From Pseudomonadota bacterium (GTDB lineage Bacteria; Pseudomonadota; Gammaproteobacteria; Thiotrichales; Thiotrichaceae), in NCBI GenBank assembly GCA_002747455.1, contig PDPG01000041.1:14980-78979 (forward strand): a DNA stretch of 64,000 nt, written 5' to 3'. Position numbers and translations under genes: made by a program. Positions 63,841 through 64,000 of the stretch are shown here, one piece after another (positions within the stretch are counted from its first letter, which is position 1; each line of letters begins with the position of its first letter). A model generated the notes under the pieces. The model had not been told where the DNA came from, ran no database searches, and worked only from the letters and a program-made list of their open reading frames with translations.

Positions 63841-64000
63841 GTGCCCTCAGTAAGTTGGACTCACCTTAGCACGTTCCATTGATTTCCTTGTCAGTCCCCT
63901 TCCTTGGCCTTTTCCAGGTACTTCTCGACTTGCGAACCGATATACGCAGTGGTCAGCTCAACATTAAGCCTACTCTGGGCTTAAGCGTTAGAAAGAAACA

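Noticed and set aside
63841-64000. Integrase C-terminal remnant (VELTTAYIGS, minus strand)
   Set aside because: Too short, preceded by an in-frame stop and at the window edge; cannot be supported.

Overview
Gammaproteobacterial chromosomal window; a marine Thiotrichaceae-like source is my unverified impression. It is mostly core genes, with no rRNA, tRNA, CRISPR array or intact mobile element seen. In order: (1) lapB 5' end, ihfB, rpsA, cmk; (2) a tightly coupled 7-gene minus-strand operon (3205-9825) encoding a FimV-TPR-like protein, a receiver-like/winged-helix protein, an MglA-like small GTPase, two Roadblock-fold proteins and two compact FimV/HubP-like membrane proteins, with a bactofilin gene divergent from it. 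This is the best candidate for an undescribed cell-polarity / type IV pilus control system; (3) ampD and an intergenic DnaA-box triad plus IHF site with DARS-like architecture; (4) a TRAP transporter with greatly extended membrane subunits; (5) comEC, DUF2062, lolD and two Lol permeases; (6) frmA-fghA and purH; (7) a ~24 kb central-carbon cluster (prpBC-acnD-prpF, mqo, sucA, aceK, sucB-lpdA-sucCD-acnB-pckA, fadD) in which sucA is split from sucB and an unannotated frameshifted rraA remnant lies between aceK and sucA; (8) thiI, a Phd-RelE/ParE TA pair, folD; (9) a putative FNR-controlled module (phosphotransferase/P-loop kinase, SpoIIAA-like-USP fusion, SulP, SLAC1/TDT channel) with two FNR-like boxes; (10) an orphan cobQ and a Phd-VapC TA pair. 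All family calls come from motif recognition by eye; no database search was run.
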